Shown here: positions 1 to 8,646 of the stretch, in pieces
How the letters are laid out: each line of letters opens with the position of its first letter
How positions within the stretch are numbered: the stretch's first letter is position 1
From: a virus
IMG/VR virus record: IMGVR_UViG_3300013738_000004
Coordinates: 1,931 to 65,930 of that record
Direction: 5' to 3' (one strand)
Length of the DNA stretch: 64,000 nt
The notes under the pieces: generated by a model
What the model saw: only the letters and a program-made list of their open reading frames with translations
What the model was told of the DNA's origin: nothing
The model's database searches: none
Made by a program: the position numbers and the translations under genes

Positions 1-2
1 CC

Positions 3-203
3 GCGCATCTGGCGGCGTCGCTCGGCAAGCCGTGCTGGGTGCTGCTGCCGCACTACGACCTGGACTGGCGCTGGATGCACGGGCGCGAAGACTCGCCGTG
101 GTATCCCGGCACGATGCGCCTCTTCCGCCAGCGGATCGACGAAGCGTGGCCCGCCGTCGTGGAGCGCGTGCGCGTGGCGTGCGCCGAGCGCTTCGGGGGT
201 TGA
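3..203 (+). CDS. 3' end of host TPR/glycosyltransferase-9-like protein (partial)
   Basis: Own translation, frame 3: AHLAASLGKPCWVLLPHYDLDWRW...DSPWYPGTMRLFRQ...*, the typical C-terminus of TPR-GT9-like proteins; higher GC than the phage DNA. Confidence 0.8.
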   Translation, partial: AHLAASLGKPCWVLLPHYDLDWRWMHGREDSPWYPGTMRLFRQRIDEAWPAVVERVRVACAERFGG

Positions 204-225
204 AACAGGAGGCGCGGGGCGCGCC

Positions 226-444
226 TCAATCCCAGATGTTGCGGAACGCCACGGCGACGATCACCGGCACGCACATCACGAGCGGAATGGCGAAGTACGG
301 AATCTCCATATCGACTTCCCACTTGTAGACGATCCAGCCGATACCGAGCGCGAGCGTAAGCACGCCCACGAGCGCCGTGAGGGTATTCAGCAGCCATTTG
401 GGCGGCTGCTTGCGCGCAGGTTTGTTCTCGGGTGACGGGTTCAT
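226..444 (-). CDS. Host small two-TM membrane protein
   Basis: MNPSPENK...WLLNTLTALVGVLTLALGIGWIVY...IPLVMCVPVIVAVAF; start set at ATG 444. Confidence 0.65.
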   Translation of the reverse strand: MNPSPENKPARKQPPKWLLNTLTALVGVLTLALGIGWIVYKWEVDMEIPYFAIPLVMCVPVIVAVAFRNIWD

Positions 445-587
445 GGCGGCGGTGGCGAAAAGCGGGAACGTCTCGATCCGGGCTTGGGATGCTGCGTATT
501 TTACTCCGTGGCGCGTATTCGACCGAAGCCCGCGTAGCGCCCGCATTACCTCCCAGGTAACGCACAACTAAGCCCAGCAAGGCGCTC

Positions 588-609
588 CGCTTATTCGTCG
601 CTTATTCGT
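588..609. repeat. Tandem 11-bp duplication CGCTTATTCGT at the probable attL boundary
   Basis: 588-598 and 599-609 are identical and directly abut the integrase stop codon. Confidence 0.55.
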
Positions 610-1734
610 CTACAATTTTACGCCGGTCAGTTTGACCTCCGTCCACTCTGCGCCACGCATATCGCGGTACATGTCGGTCATGTCGGCGCTCTTGTGCCCG
701 AGGATCGCCTGAGCAAAATCGGCCCCGTATTGCTCCGTATAGAGACGCGCGGCGAGGCTACGAACCTCATGGTAAGAAGGCGCTGTTCTGCCCTCTTCCC
801 ACGTGATTTCTGCCGCCTCTCGCACCCTTTTGAACAACTGCGTGATGGCAGGTGAGCCCACTGGATCTCCAGCCTTTTTCTTGATCTGTCGCCGGTCGTG
901 GTGGATTAGCCACTTCGAAACCGTGGCGTTGCGGCAGCGCCGTACCACGTCCTCTAGCGACAAGCCGATTACGTCCAGGCGAACCGTGAGCGGTATGCGC
1001 AGCTTGACCTTCGTCTTGCTCTGCTCCACGAAGAGGAATCCATCTTTGATGTCATCGAACGTCATGTTGGCGACGTCCTCCCGGCGCTGAGCGCTGAGCA
1101 ATGCCAGTTCGAGGCTGCGCGCCACCCACGGATCGAAGGCTTCAGCCGCCTTGTGGATCTTCTGGAACTGCTCCCAAGTGAGGCGCGATCGCTCCACCTC
1201 GAAATCGGGCACCCGGGTAACGGTGACGGGATTCTTGCCCTTCTCGATGTGTCCTTTAATCTCGGCCTCGCGGAAGATGTCAACGAGAGTCTTGCGGATC
1301 AACTTCGCCATCTGCGGTCCACGGCTTTCCGCCGACTTGTCGATGAAGTCTGCGATCTCCCGGGTTTCGATATCCCTCAAGTTCTTCTTGAGGAAGGCGC
1401 TCGCACGGACGGCGCGCATGCCGGCCCGTACGGTTTTTATCGTGGCGGCAGAGACATTGCGCGTCTCCATGTAGATGGTTTCGTATTCACTCATCCAGGT
1501 GTCCAGCGTGCGCGCGTCGGGAGCCAGCAACTTCTGGGCAAGCGACGTATTCCCTCGTCTCTGCGCGACAGCCAGATTCGCCGAGCGCGCCTCCTGAAAC
1601 GCCTTCTCCTGATCTCGTCCGAGCCCATGACTCTTCTTCGTGTCCGGATCTCGCCAGTAGAAATATCCGGCGCCGTTCTGGTTTAGATATTGCGGCCAGT
1701 TTCGGCGCTTGGCCTCGCGCTTTCTAGCTGCCAT
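610..1734 (-). CDS. int: Tyrosine recombinase (lambda-type integrase)
   Basis: N-terminal arm-binding domain; catalytic R (SAQRRED), HEVR (HxxR), LGH and Y (TDMYR). Confidence 0.96.
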   Translation of the reverse strand: MAARKREAKRRNWPQYLNQNGAGYFYWRDPDTKKSHGLGRDQEKAFQEARSANLAVAQRRGNTSLAQKLLAPDARTLDTWMSEYETIYMETRNVSAATIKTVRAGMRAVRASAFLKKNLRDIETREIADFIDKSAESRGPQMAKLIRKTLVDIFREAEIKGHIEKGKNPVTVTRVPDFEVERSRLTWEQFQKIHKAAEAFDPWVARSLELALLSAQRREDVANMTFDDIKDGFLFVEQSKTKVKLRIPLTVRLDVIGLSLEDVVRRCRNATVSKWLIHHDRRQIKKKAGDPVGSPAITQLFKRVREAAEITWEEGRTAPSYHEVRSLAARLYTEQYGADFAQAILGHKSADMTDMYRDMRGAEWTEVKLTGVKL

Positions 1735-1945
1735 TGCCTAGCCTCCGGGCCATCTCCCCTCTTTGGTCTGCGTAGACCGCGTTTGGCTCGACGTAGTACC
1801 GCCTTCCGATCTTGATTGGCGACGGCACGATCCAGCCGAACTTGCGCCAGTTGTACAGTGTATTCCGGCATGGTCGGCCATCCCCGAAAATTCGCTCGGC
1901 CCATTCTTCGAGGGGGATGAGTTTGGGCAATTCGACTACTGCCAT
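1724..1945 (-). CDS. xis: Excisionase (lambda Xis-like winged helix)
   Basis: IPLEEWAERIFG..PCRNTLYNWRKFGWIVPSPIKIGRRYYV; GGAGAG RBS before ATG 1945; overlaps the int start. Confidence 0.85.
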   Translation of the reverse strand: MAVVELPKLIPLEEWAERIFGDGRPCRNTLYNWRKFGWIVPSPIKIGRRYYVEPNAVYADQRGEMARRLGNGS

Positions 1946-2001
1946 TTGTTCTCTCCACAAAGCCGCCGTGGCGGCTAGGATTCTCTGTGCTGCTGCCTCC
2001 A

Positions 2002-2340
2002 TCACTGCGCCTGAGTCCTCGCAATCTCGGCAGCCGCCCGGACGATTGCTCGGCGCGTGGCGGCGCAGGAATCGCCTTGATGCAACTCAACTGCGATGCC
2101 TTTCTGGCTATCGAGAATCCCACTGATCTCCGTTGACATGATTCCAATGTCAATCTCAAAGTGCATCTTCACAGCCAGCCTCAATGCTTGGCCGCCATCC
2201 TCTAGCGGATTCCATGGAAACGGATCGTAGTGCTCAGCCGGATTCGGTCCGTTGATGACGTAGAACTTCTCGCCAATCCATCCGCGAATGCGGAAACCTG
2301 CTGCTTTGGCGGCTAGCTCCAACAGTTCGCGATCGCTCAC
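2002..2340 (-). CDS. Phage hypothetical protein
   Basis: ORF coupled by overlaps; PWNPLEDGGQALRLAVK motif common in phage early proteins. Confidence 0.75.
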   Translation of the reverse strand: MSDRELLELAAKAAGFRIRGWIGEKFYVINGPNPAEHYDPFPWNPLEDGGQALRLAVKMHFEIDIGIMSTEISGILDSQKGIAVELHQGDSCAATRRAIVRAAAEIARTQAQ

Positions 2341-2834
2341 TGTGTCATCTCCGATTGTTTGCGCGCAATCTCAACCAATCGCGGATCGGCCTTCGTCAGC
2401 ACATCAAGCAATAGCCGCTTCTCTTCGAGATACGTCACGGCGAACTTCGGATCGTGCTGGACGATGCTCGATGTGTTGCTGATGAGATCGGCGCACTTGA
2501 TGGTTTGGACCCAGCCCGGAGCTTGCGCAAGTCGTTCGCGGGACAGGCGTTTGCGCTCGGCACGGTTGCCGCTTTCGAGGTCGGAGAGCAGTACAACTCC
2601 CGCAGCGATGATCTCGCCGAACTGATCGCGGAGAGTCGCGGCGCTGACGCCCTGGTCCTCAATCGCGTCGTGCAGCCAAGCCACGGCTACGGCATGATCG
2701 GTGTCCAATGCCACTGTCGCTACAATCCCCGCAACCTCGGAAAGATGCGTCCAGTACGGCACCTCTGTATATTTCCGCCGCTGATCCTTATGCGCCTCAC
2801 GCGCGAACTGCATTGCTCTGAACGCTAGGCTCAT
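2337..2834 (-). CDS. HD-domain protein, RelA/SpoT hydrolase-like (small alarmone hydrolase/Mesh1-like)
   Basis: AH..Q.RK...PY..H...VA, AWLHDAIED and IKCADLISN motifs. Confidence 0.85.
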   Translation of the reverse strand: MSLAFRAMQFAREAHKDQRRKYTEVPYWTHLSEVAGIVATVALDTDHAVAVAWLHDAIEDQGVSAATLRDQFGEIIAAGVVLLSDLESGNRAERKRLSRERLAQAPGWVQTIKCADLISNTSSIVQHDPKFAVTYLEEKRLLLDVLTKADPRLVEIARKQSEMTQ

Positions 2835-3043
2835 GCGCTATACCCCTGCAGATCCACAAGGCATTCCACCATCTCGATCACGTCGCCTTCCGAAATGGCG
2901 CGAGTGGCGCGATCCAGTGAGACCTTCATCATCGCGACGGCGTATGCCGCAGGCGCTCCGCACTGGACATAAATCGGAATCAGTGCCGTCACGCGCTTGA
3001 TCTCTTCGGGCAGCGCATCGCCCAGCGTTTTCGTTTCGTTCAT
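2831..3043 (-). CDS. Phage hypothetical protein
   Basis: 70-aa ORF with 4-nt overlaps at both ends. Confidence 0.7.
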   Translation of the reverse strand: MNETKTLGDALPEEIKRVTALIPIYVQCGAPAAYAVAMMKVSLDRATRAISEGDVIEMVECLVDLQGYSA

Positions 3044-3195
3044 ACTTCCTCCCTCTTCTCTTCCTGTTCAATCAGCTTTCGATACTCGTCGACTTGCGGA
3101 CCCCAGCGTTTGACGAATTCCTTCGCAGAGACGAGGTTGCACTCCTTGCACTGACAACTCCACGGAATACCGTGTGAGCACATATCGCCTAGCAT
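3040..3195 (-). CDS. Small Cys-rich hypothetical protein (51 aa)
   Basis: Own translation MLGDMCSHGIPWSCQCKECNLV...; GGAGG RBS; fills the gap between coupled genes. Confidence 0.6.
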   Translation of the reverse strand: MLGDMCSHGIPWSCQCKECNLVSAKEFVKRWGPQVDEYRKLIEQEEKREEV

Positions 3196-3473
3196 TGGGC
3201 CTCCTCGAAGAAAACGATGATGTCCACCACATCGCCCTGTGCGCTGGAATGAGCGTGATATCGCAGAGCATCGCCCTTTTGGTTCCAGTCGTGCATCAGG
3301 TCATCAGGAAAGGCGTTGCGGTGGTGGACGGCCTCCTGTGTCGCGGTGAATTCCGTTTCGTTGAGAAGCAACCAGACAGCGCGGATCTTGCGACCGGCGT
3401 ACTCATCCGGCAATGGGTGAAGAATGCGCGAATTGTTGACTACGCCTCGCATGACGATGTGTTCGCCCTTCAT
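3189..3473 (-). CDS. Phage hypothetical protein
   Basis: Coupled ORF in the operon. Confidence 0.65.
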   Translation of the reverse strand: MKGEHIVMRGVVNNSRILHPLPDEYAGRKIRAVWLLLNETEFTATQEAVHHRNAFPDDLMHDWNQKGDALRYHAHSSAQGDVVDIIVFFEEAQC

Positions 3474-3847
3474 AACCCCTCCCTCTGCGCCAGAGCGGCA
3501 TTGACCATCGCGAGGTACTGCTTTCGCATAATCCTGATGCGAGCCTCCGTTTCGGCGCGAAGCATCGGGCCATCATGCTCGGAATATAGGCCGCTGCTGT
3601 AGAGCGCTGGATGCGTTATCGCCAGTGCCGCGCGAATCATTTCATCGGTCGGTTCCATCAGTGACGCCGCCCGCTCGCACGCCTCCCGATGCAGCCGCAC
3701 CTCTTCTTCCTTGTCTGCCATCAGGATGGCTAGGTCGCGCTGGAGTTGTTCGATAGCGTCGGCGGCGTCCAGCATTGCGAGAAACGCACCCTCCCAGCCG
3801 ATGTCATTGGAACGGAGTCGTTTCACCAGGTCGTCGTGGGTGGTCAT
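3470..3847 (-). CDS. Phage hypothetical protein
   Basis: MTTHDDLVKRLR...EAADAIEQL-type early phage ORF. Confidence 0.7.
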   Translation of the reverse strand: MTTHDDLVKRLRSNDIGWEGAFLAMLDAADAIEQLQRDLAILMADKEEEVRLHREACERAASLMEPTDEMIRAALAITHPALYSSGLYSEHDGPMLRAETEARIRIMRKQYLAMVNAALAQREGL

Positions 3848-4032
3848 TCAGTTCTCCCGTTGAGCCGTTTCGTAACTTCATAGTTCGCCCATGAAGTTAG
3901 AGCCTCGTCCACATCCGACGGTCTATGTCCGTCATCAATAAGGATCTCGCGCAACGTCTTTAGATGGCGGATATTGTGCATGCGAGCGACGTTCACGGCG
4001 CACTTGAGAGCGGCTAATACTTCATCAGTCAC
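3844..4032 (-). CDS. Phage hypothetical protein
   Basis: 62-aa coupled ORF. Confidence 0.6.
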   Translation of the reverse strand: MTDEVLAALKCAVNVARMHNIRHLKTLREILIDDGHRPSDVDEALTSWANYEVTKRLNGRTE

Positions 4033-4319
4033 GCGTTCTCCCCTTCCTCTTTAGCCAAGGCGCGGATGGCGTCGCGGATCTCGCGCAAACTATCCATCGT
4101 CATTTCGCAAGCGATCTCGCCTGCTGCGCTGTTTCCTACGCTGACCTGATATGTCTCGACAATGCGAGTGGCTTCTTCGAGTGCCGCGACACGCGAGGCT
4201 TGCCATGCCGCCTGCAGTTGGTACAACGTCCCACCACCCATGGGCCATAAGCCATTCTTGTCGCGAAATGCGAACCTTTCCTTAATCGCCCACTTCTCAA
4301 ACTTCTCTCGCGAGGTCAT
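4029..4319 (-). CDS. Phage hypothetical protein
   Basis: MTSREKFEKW...QAAWQASR motif typical of lambdoid early genes; start at ATG 4319. Confidence 0.7.
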   Translation of the reverse strand: MTSREKFEKWAIKERFAFRDKNGLWPMGGGTLYQLQAAWQASRVAALEEATRIVETYQVSVGNSAAGEIACEMTMDSLREIRDAIRALAKEEGENA

Positions 4320-5443
4320 GGTTGCTCCTCGGATTTCTGAGGCGACTTCCGCACCTCCAACGACGAAACCTTCCCCCTGCACTCGACCACGATCCACGTG
4401 ATTTCGCCATCTGCGCTAACAGTGAGATTGCGAACACGAAGGCCGAGATTGCGGCGGAAACAGGCGTCGATAGCGTCGTCGGTGTTGAGGGGCTGCGGGG
4501 TGGCGGCGCGGTCACATGCATTGTGAGGATTCTTGCATCGCGGGCACGCCGTAACGAATGGATTGCATTCTGCGGTCGGATCGAATGCCGTGGCTTGAGA
4601 GGTGGCGCGGGCTTCGTCCAGTTTTTTGCGAATCTCTTCGATAGCGGCTTGAACGACAGGCTTCGTGTCATTGAACCAATCACATGGTCCGCCGTCTTCC
4701 TTGTTTTTACCGCTGGCACCACTCATGAATGCTGTGTAGGCAATGTCGATGAGGCGCGGCGTTAGGCGATTGTGCAAGTCGTCCTGAAGCACGTAAGCCA
4801 ATAGGCCGTCGAATGTGCTTTGCCATGCCAACGGGATAGCTGCGCGCTCATCGGGCTGCGCTGCCGCATGGCAAGCATCGCACTGGTGCAGATGCCGACG
4901 TGTTGCGTCGCTCGTGTGCCACGGATCCATCGTTTTCGCATCGCAGAAATCACACGGCAATGGCTCATCGCTCGGCGCTGCCGCATCTGGGGCGACAGTG
5001 GCGCGCGTCATCGCGTCATAGACGTCGCTCCATCGGAATTGAGCGGGCAAAGGGTGGGCATGCTTGAAGGTTTCAAAGTATTTTTGCGCCGCTTCGCCCA
5101 TGGAAGCCTGATAGGCACCAGGCGAAAGAGCGTGACGATAGCCAGTCTCGTACGCTTGTTGCAATTCGGCGTTATCCGGGGATCGCTGGCTGTCCACGAC
5201 GGGAGCGGCGTAGAGCTTGCTGCCAATCTTCAGCCCGTGTTTCTCTACAATGGGCGCGATCGGACCGCAGCCGGCGTAGAAGAGTTGCCAGTCGGAGCCG
5301 ATGACCGCGACGGGCTCCGGTGCTCCCGCATCGGAAGGAAGAGCGGCGAGAGCAGCCCGCAGTGATTTCGCGATTGCGCCATCGCCTTCCGTTTCGAGGT
5401 CGGCGGCGATCTTCATCAGTTCGTTGTAGTGGCTCTGTTTCAT
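4316..5443 (-). CDS. Mosaic phage early protein with CxxC clusters
   Basis: 375-aa ORF; CDFCD..CDAC and CPRC motifs; Ala/Pro linkers. Confidence 0.7.
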   Translation of the reverse strand: MKQSHYNELMKIAADLETEGDGAIAKSLRAALAALPSDAGAPEPVAVIGSDWQLFYAGCGPIAPIVEKHGLKIGSKLYAAPVVDSQRSPDNAELQQAYETGYRHALSPGAYQASMGEAAQKYFETFKHAHPLPAQFRWSDVYDAMTRATVAPDAAAPSDEPLPCDFCDAKTMDPWHTSDATRRHLHQCDACHAAAQPDERAAIPLAWQSTFDGLLAYVLQDDLHNRLTPRLIDIAYTAFMSGASGKNKEDGGPCDWFNDTKPVVQAAIEEIRKKLDEARATSQATAFDPTAECNPFVTACPRCKNPHNACDRAATPQPLNTDDAIDACFRRNLGLRVRNLTVSADGEITWIVVECRGKVSSLEVRKSPQKSEEQP

Positions 5444-5458
5444 CGTTTCCTCTATTCG

Positions 5459-5677
5459 TTATGCCGCAATCGGCTTGCCCGTGAGCAGCCAACCGATGTT
5501 CGTGCCGGGAAGCGCCTCGACTATCTTTACGATCGAATCGAGCCCGGGCTTATAGACGCCACTCAGGTAGTGCGAGAGCATCGATTGTGAGAAGCCGGTG
5601 CGCTCGCAGAAGGTCGTCAGCGTGATCTGTTGATGCTGCTCAATGGCAATGCGTAGGCGTTGGCCGAAGGTGCTCAT
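5459..5677 (-). CDS. XRE-family HTH protein
   Basis: FGQRLR...TLTTFCERTGFSQSMLSHYLSG..KP. Confidence 0.88.
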   Translation of the reverse strand: MSTFGQRLRIAIEQHQQITLTTFCERTGFSQSMLSHYLSGVYKPGLDSIVKIVEALPGTNIGWLLTGKPIAA

Positions 5678-5689
5678 ATCTCTCTGCCG

Positions 5690-5941
5690 TTACGGGTGGG
5701 GAGTCAGGCGTCCTGCGTCTTTCAGCGCCGTGCTAATGGCTTGTTCAGTCGTCGGGCCTCGCATATCCGCACGCGCTCCCTCGACCCATCCAGCGCCACG
5801 AGAGAACGTGTGGGCAATCACGCGCCACGACACAAGATCGACTCCAAGCACCTTTGCGCATTGCTGCTCGCTGAGGTATTCATCGCCCTGCAACTCGGCC
5901 AATAGGCGCGCAACGCGGATATGGAAAGATAGATCGCTCAT
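5690..5941 (-). CDS. Phage hypothetical protein
   Basis: 83-aa ORF with RBS, in the operon. Confidence 0.6.
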   Translation of the reverse strand: MSDLSFHIRVARLLAELQGDEYLSEQQCAKVLGVDLVSWRVIAHTFSRGAGWVEGARADMRGPTTEQAISTALKDAGRLTPHP

Positions 5942-5960
5942 GCTGTCTCTCGGTTAGGGT

Positions 5961-6119
5961 TCAACGAATCGTCGTCTGCGCGCACAACGACGCAGCGCTG
6001 TGCCCCGTCAGGTCGGATGCCTGCGCAATAGCGCCGCGGTCGGTCAGGGCGAGTACGACGATTACGAGCTGGCCGGCGCGATAGACATAGAATTTCATGA
6101 GTTCGTCGCGGGGGTACAT
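5961..6119 (-). CDS. Small hypothetical protein (52 aa)
   Basis: Own translation MYPRDELMKFYVYRAGQLVIVVLAL...; GAGG RBS. Confidence 0.5.
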   Translation of the reverse strand: MYPRDELMKFYVYRAGQLVIVVLALTDRGAIAQASDLTGHSAASLCAQTTIR

Positions 6120-6127
6120 ATGGTTCC

Positions 6128-6508
6128 TCACTGCGGCTTGCGCGACGCTTCGAGAATCGGCAGATTCGCTTCGGTCGGCACATACACAACCGTCTTGTTC
6201 TGTTCGCTCGCCATGTTGTTGATCCAGAGGTAGCGCAGATACGCCTCGTTGTCTTTCAGCGACTGGCCGATGATCGCGTTAGCCTTGGCGACCCCTTGCG
6301 CGCGGATGACCTCGGCATCGGCATACGACTGAGCCGCCTGCTTCTTCGCCTCAGCCTCCTGAACCAATACCTGTTTGCTGTATTGCGCTTTGGCGAGTTC
6401 AGCCTCGCCATCCATGCGCTGCGAGTACACCTTGTACGGGGGATACATGTCGCAACCGGAGAGGGAGAAAACGATGGCGATTGCCGCAAGGGTGATGATG
6501 GTCTTCAT
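6128..6508 (-). CDS. Lipoprotein with SPFH/band-7-like coiled coil
   Basis: Signal peptide with lipobox LSGC; AEAKKQAA...AEVIRAQGVAKAN; YLRYLWI; VVYVPTE. Confidence 0.75.
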   Translation of the reverse strand: MKTIITLAAIAIVFSLSGCDMYPPYKVYSQRMDGEAELAKAQYSKQVLVQEAEAKKQAAQSYADAEVIRAQGVAKANAIIGQSLKDNEAYLRYLWINNMASEQNKTVVYVPTEANLPILEASRKPQ

Positions 6509-6589
6509 GCGTGGACTCTCGAAATAGAAAACGGCCGAAGCCGCGTAAAAGCCTCGGGGGAGGCTGGGGAGATTGCTGTTGGGGCGTGG

Positions 6590-8215
6590 TCAATCCCACC
6601 GATCCAAGGTGTATTCGATCGTCGCGCCTTTGCTTGTCACGCGGACGCGATTTGATTCGAATTGACGACCATTTCCGCGCTGGAAAAGTAAGCCGCATGC
6701 AGATGATTCGGGCAGCCCTGCAATCGTGGCGCGTCGCGAATACGCTTCGATAACCGATCGAACCGGATGCAGGTCCGATTTCAACATCTCCGGGAATAGC
6801 GCATTTCCAGCGCCGCCGTGCTCATAGTTGAGGTCTTTCGCTCCATCAATCATGAACATGACGCCAGAGCCTTGATGAGCGTTCTCGGCATACCACATCG
6901 ATGGTTGGGCGCTGACGGCGGTCACTCGCTCATATGCTCCAGCGCGCAGATTCCATCGTTGCGCAGTCGATCCGCCGTTGTATAGATACCAGGAGACCGG
7001 ATTGCGCTGGGCCTCGGAATCCCACTGGAGAATCGGCGGCGCGTCAGCATGAACCGCAGTCACGTATGCAGCGAACGACGCATGCGCGGGGACCAGAATC
7101 TCGATCTGTTCCGCATCCGGAAGGACCGTGCGCGAGAACTTGTCCCATGTCATGGTCTGGGCCGGGATTCGCATGGCAGGAGCGGAAACGTCGCCCTTCG
7201 GCGGGAGATGGCTGAAAACACTTCCTGCGGGCTTTTCAACTTCAGGCTTGGCAAGAGGCAACCACAGCGTCTGAATTTCCTCCAGTCGCGCGAATCGACG
7301 CTCCAGTGACGGCGCAATACCCATTTGCTCGACCAGCTTTTCAGCTTGGGCGATGGCTCCGGCAGTCGGAGCGGCCTGTGGGCGCTGATACTGGAGCGGA
7401 TGCATCTTCGCCGCGAACTTGGCTTTCACGTCTTCGAATGGCAACCCGGCGGCAATATCCTCCAGCAGTGTGCCGATCATCGATGAACGCGGATGGGCAA
7501 AGCCGACTGGAGCAGTTGCCACGGCACGCCACAAAAGATTCGCCTGAGTGCGGCCATTCTTTGTCGCGCCACGAGCTACGATCAGTTCTCGAAGCCACTC
7601 AGCTACGCCCAGGCACTTCTCCGAACGGTAGAGTGAGTCTGTTTTCAGTAGCGTCAGCGCGGTCTCGACGGTCGATAAAGAGAACTCGTTAAGCGCCGTA
7701 ATCATCGTGTAGAAATCCTCGCGCTTCTCGGCACTCGCCTGATATGCGGTCTTCACCCGATTCGAATGGATCAGGTGCGCAGGCGGTTTGAGAGAAAAGT
7801 GCGTCCATTCGCCCGTGACCGGTTGACCCCATACCTTGTCAGCCGAATAGAAAACGCCTGTCACCCTGGCGCGCTCGGAGACGGCACGCATTGCATCCAT
7901 TGCCGGCGCATAAAAGGCATATTGTCCGTCCGCTTCCGGCCATGCTGCGGCGCGCTGGTAGCCGTCCGCATTGATTGTCACGAGACCGCCAAATCGCTCA
8001 ATGAACTGGCGGCAGGCGTGGCATGTGTGATATTGACGATCAGCGGGGAGCGCATCGAGATACACAGACCACAGATTGTCGGCGTCGATCGTGTAAAGCT
8101 TTGTTGAGGAATCGCCTACGCGCGCCGCGAAAGCCTCCCGCATCGCATGCAGCACGTGCGGATATTGGGCATCATGATCGTTCATTTCCATCTCGATAGT
8201 TATTGTTTGTTCCAT
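6590..8215 (-). CDS. Large conserved-looking phage protein of unknown function (541 aa)
   Basis: Long ORF; GAGGAAAGC before ATG 8215; HTCHACRQF metal-binding-like motif. Confidence 0.8.
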   Translation of the reverse strand: MEQTITIEMEMNDHDAQYPHVLHAMREAFAARVGDSSTKLYTIDADNLWSVYLDALPADRQYHTCHACRQFIERFGGLVTINADGYQRAAAWPEADGQYAFYAPAMDAMRAVSERARVTGVFYSADKVWGQPVTGEWTHFSLKPPAHLIHSNRVKTAYQASAEKREDFYTMITALNEFSLSTVETALTLLKTDSLYRSEKCLGVAEWLRELIVARGATKNGRTQANLLWRAVATAPVGFAHPRSSMIGTLLEDIAAGLPFEDVKAKFAAKMHPLQYQRPQAAPTAGAIAQAEKLVEQMGIAPSLERRFARLEEIQTLWLPLAKPEVEKPAGSVFSHLPPKGDVSAPAMRIPAQTMTWDKFSRTVLPDAEQIEILVPAHASFAAYVTAVHADAPPILQWDSEAQRNPVSWYLYNGGSTAQRWNLRAGAYERVTAVSAQPSMWYAENAHQGSGVMFMIDGAKDLNYEHGGAGNALFPEMLKSDLHPVRSVIEAYSRRATIAGLPESSACGLLFQRGNGRQFESNRVRVTSKGATIEYTLDRWD

Positions 8216-8308
8216 GCTTTCCTCAATAGTAGGCACCCCACCACACAGTTCCACACCTGGACCCGTGCGATGCACCAAACAGATGTGCTGTGGGTGAGGC
8301 GCGTTCGG

Positions 8309-8638
8309 TCAGGCTGGCTTCCTCACAAGCCGATAGCCCAGTTTGTTTGCTGCGCTCTTGAGTAGTCGCACGATTGCCTCATCACTGACAGGCCCGCGCG
8401 CCCACGGCTGAGCATCGATGTGCTTGAACACGGTGTAGCCGTCCAGCATGGCGAGAGTCTGCTGATCGGCGTGAACGCACTCGACAACCTGCCCGTAGCC
8501 GCCGATTGATGCCATGTCTCGACGCTCTGGCGAACTGGCATAGTTCATCGCGCGGCTGATCTTGCGCCCAAGTTCCGTGTCGCGTTCCCACTCGTGGGCG
8601 TGGTCATTTGACAGCATTACCACTGTGCGGAATCCCAT
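8309..8638 (-). CDS. Phage hypothetical protein
   Basis: 109-aa ORF with GGAG RBS. Confidence 0.7.
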   Translation of the reverse strand: MGFRTVVMLSNDHAHEWERDTELGRKISRAMNYASSPERRDMASIGGYGQVVECVHADQQTLAMLDGYTVFKHIDAQPWARGPVSDEAIVRLLKSAANKLGYRLVRKPA

Positions 8639-8646
8639 GGTGGCTC

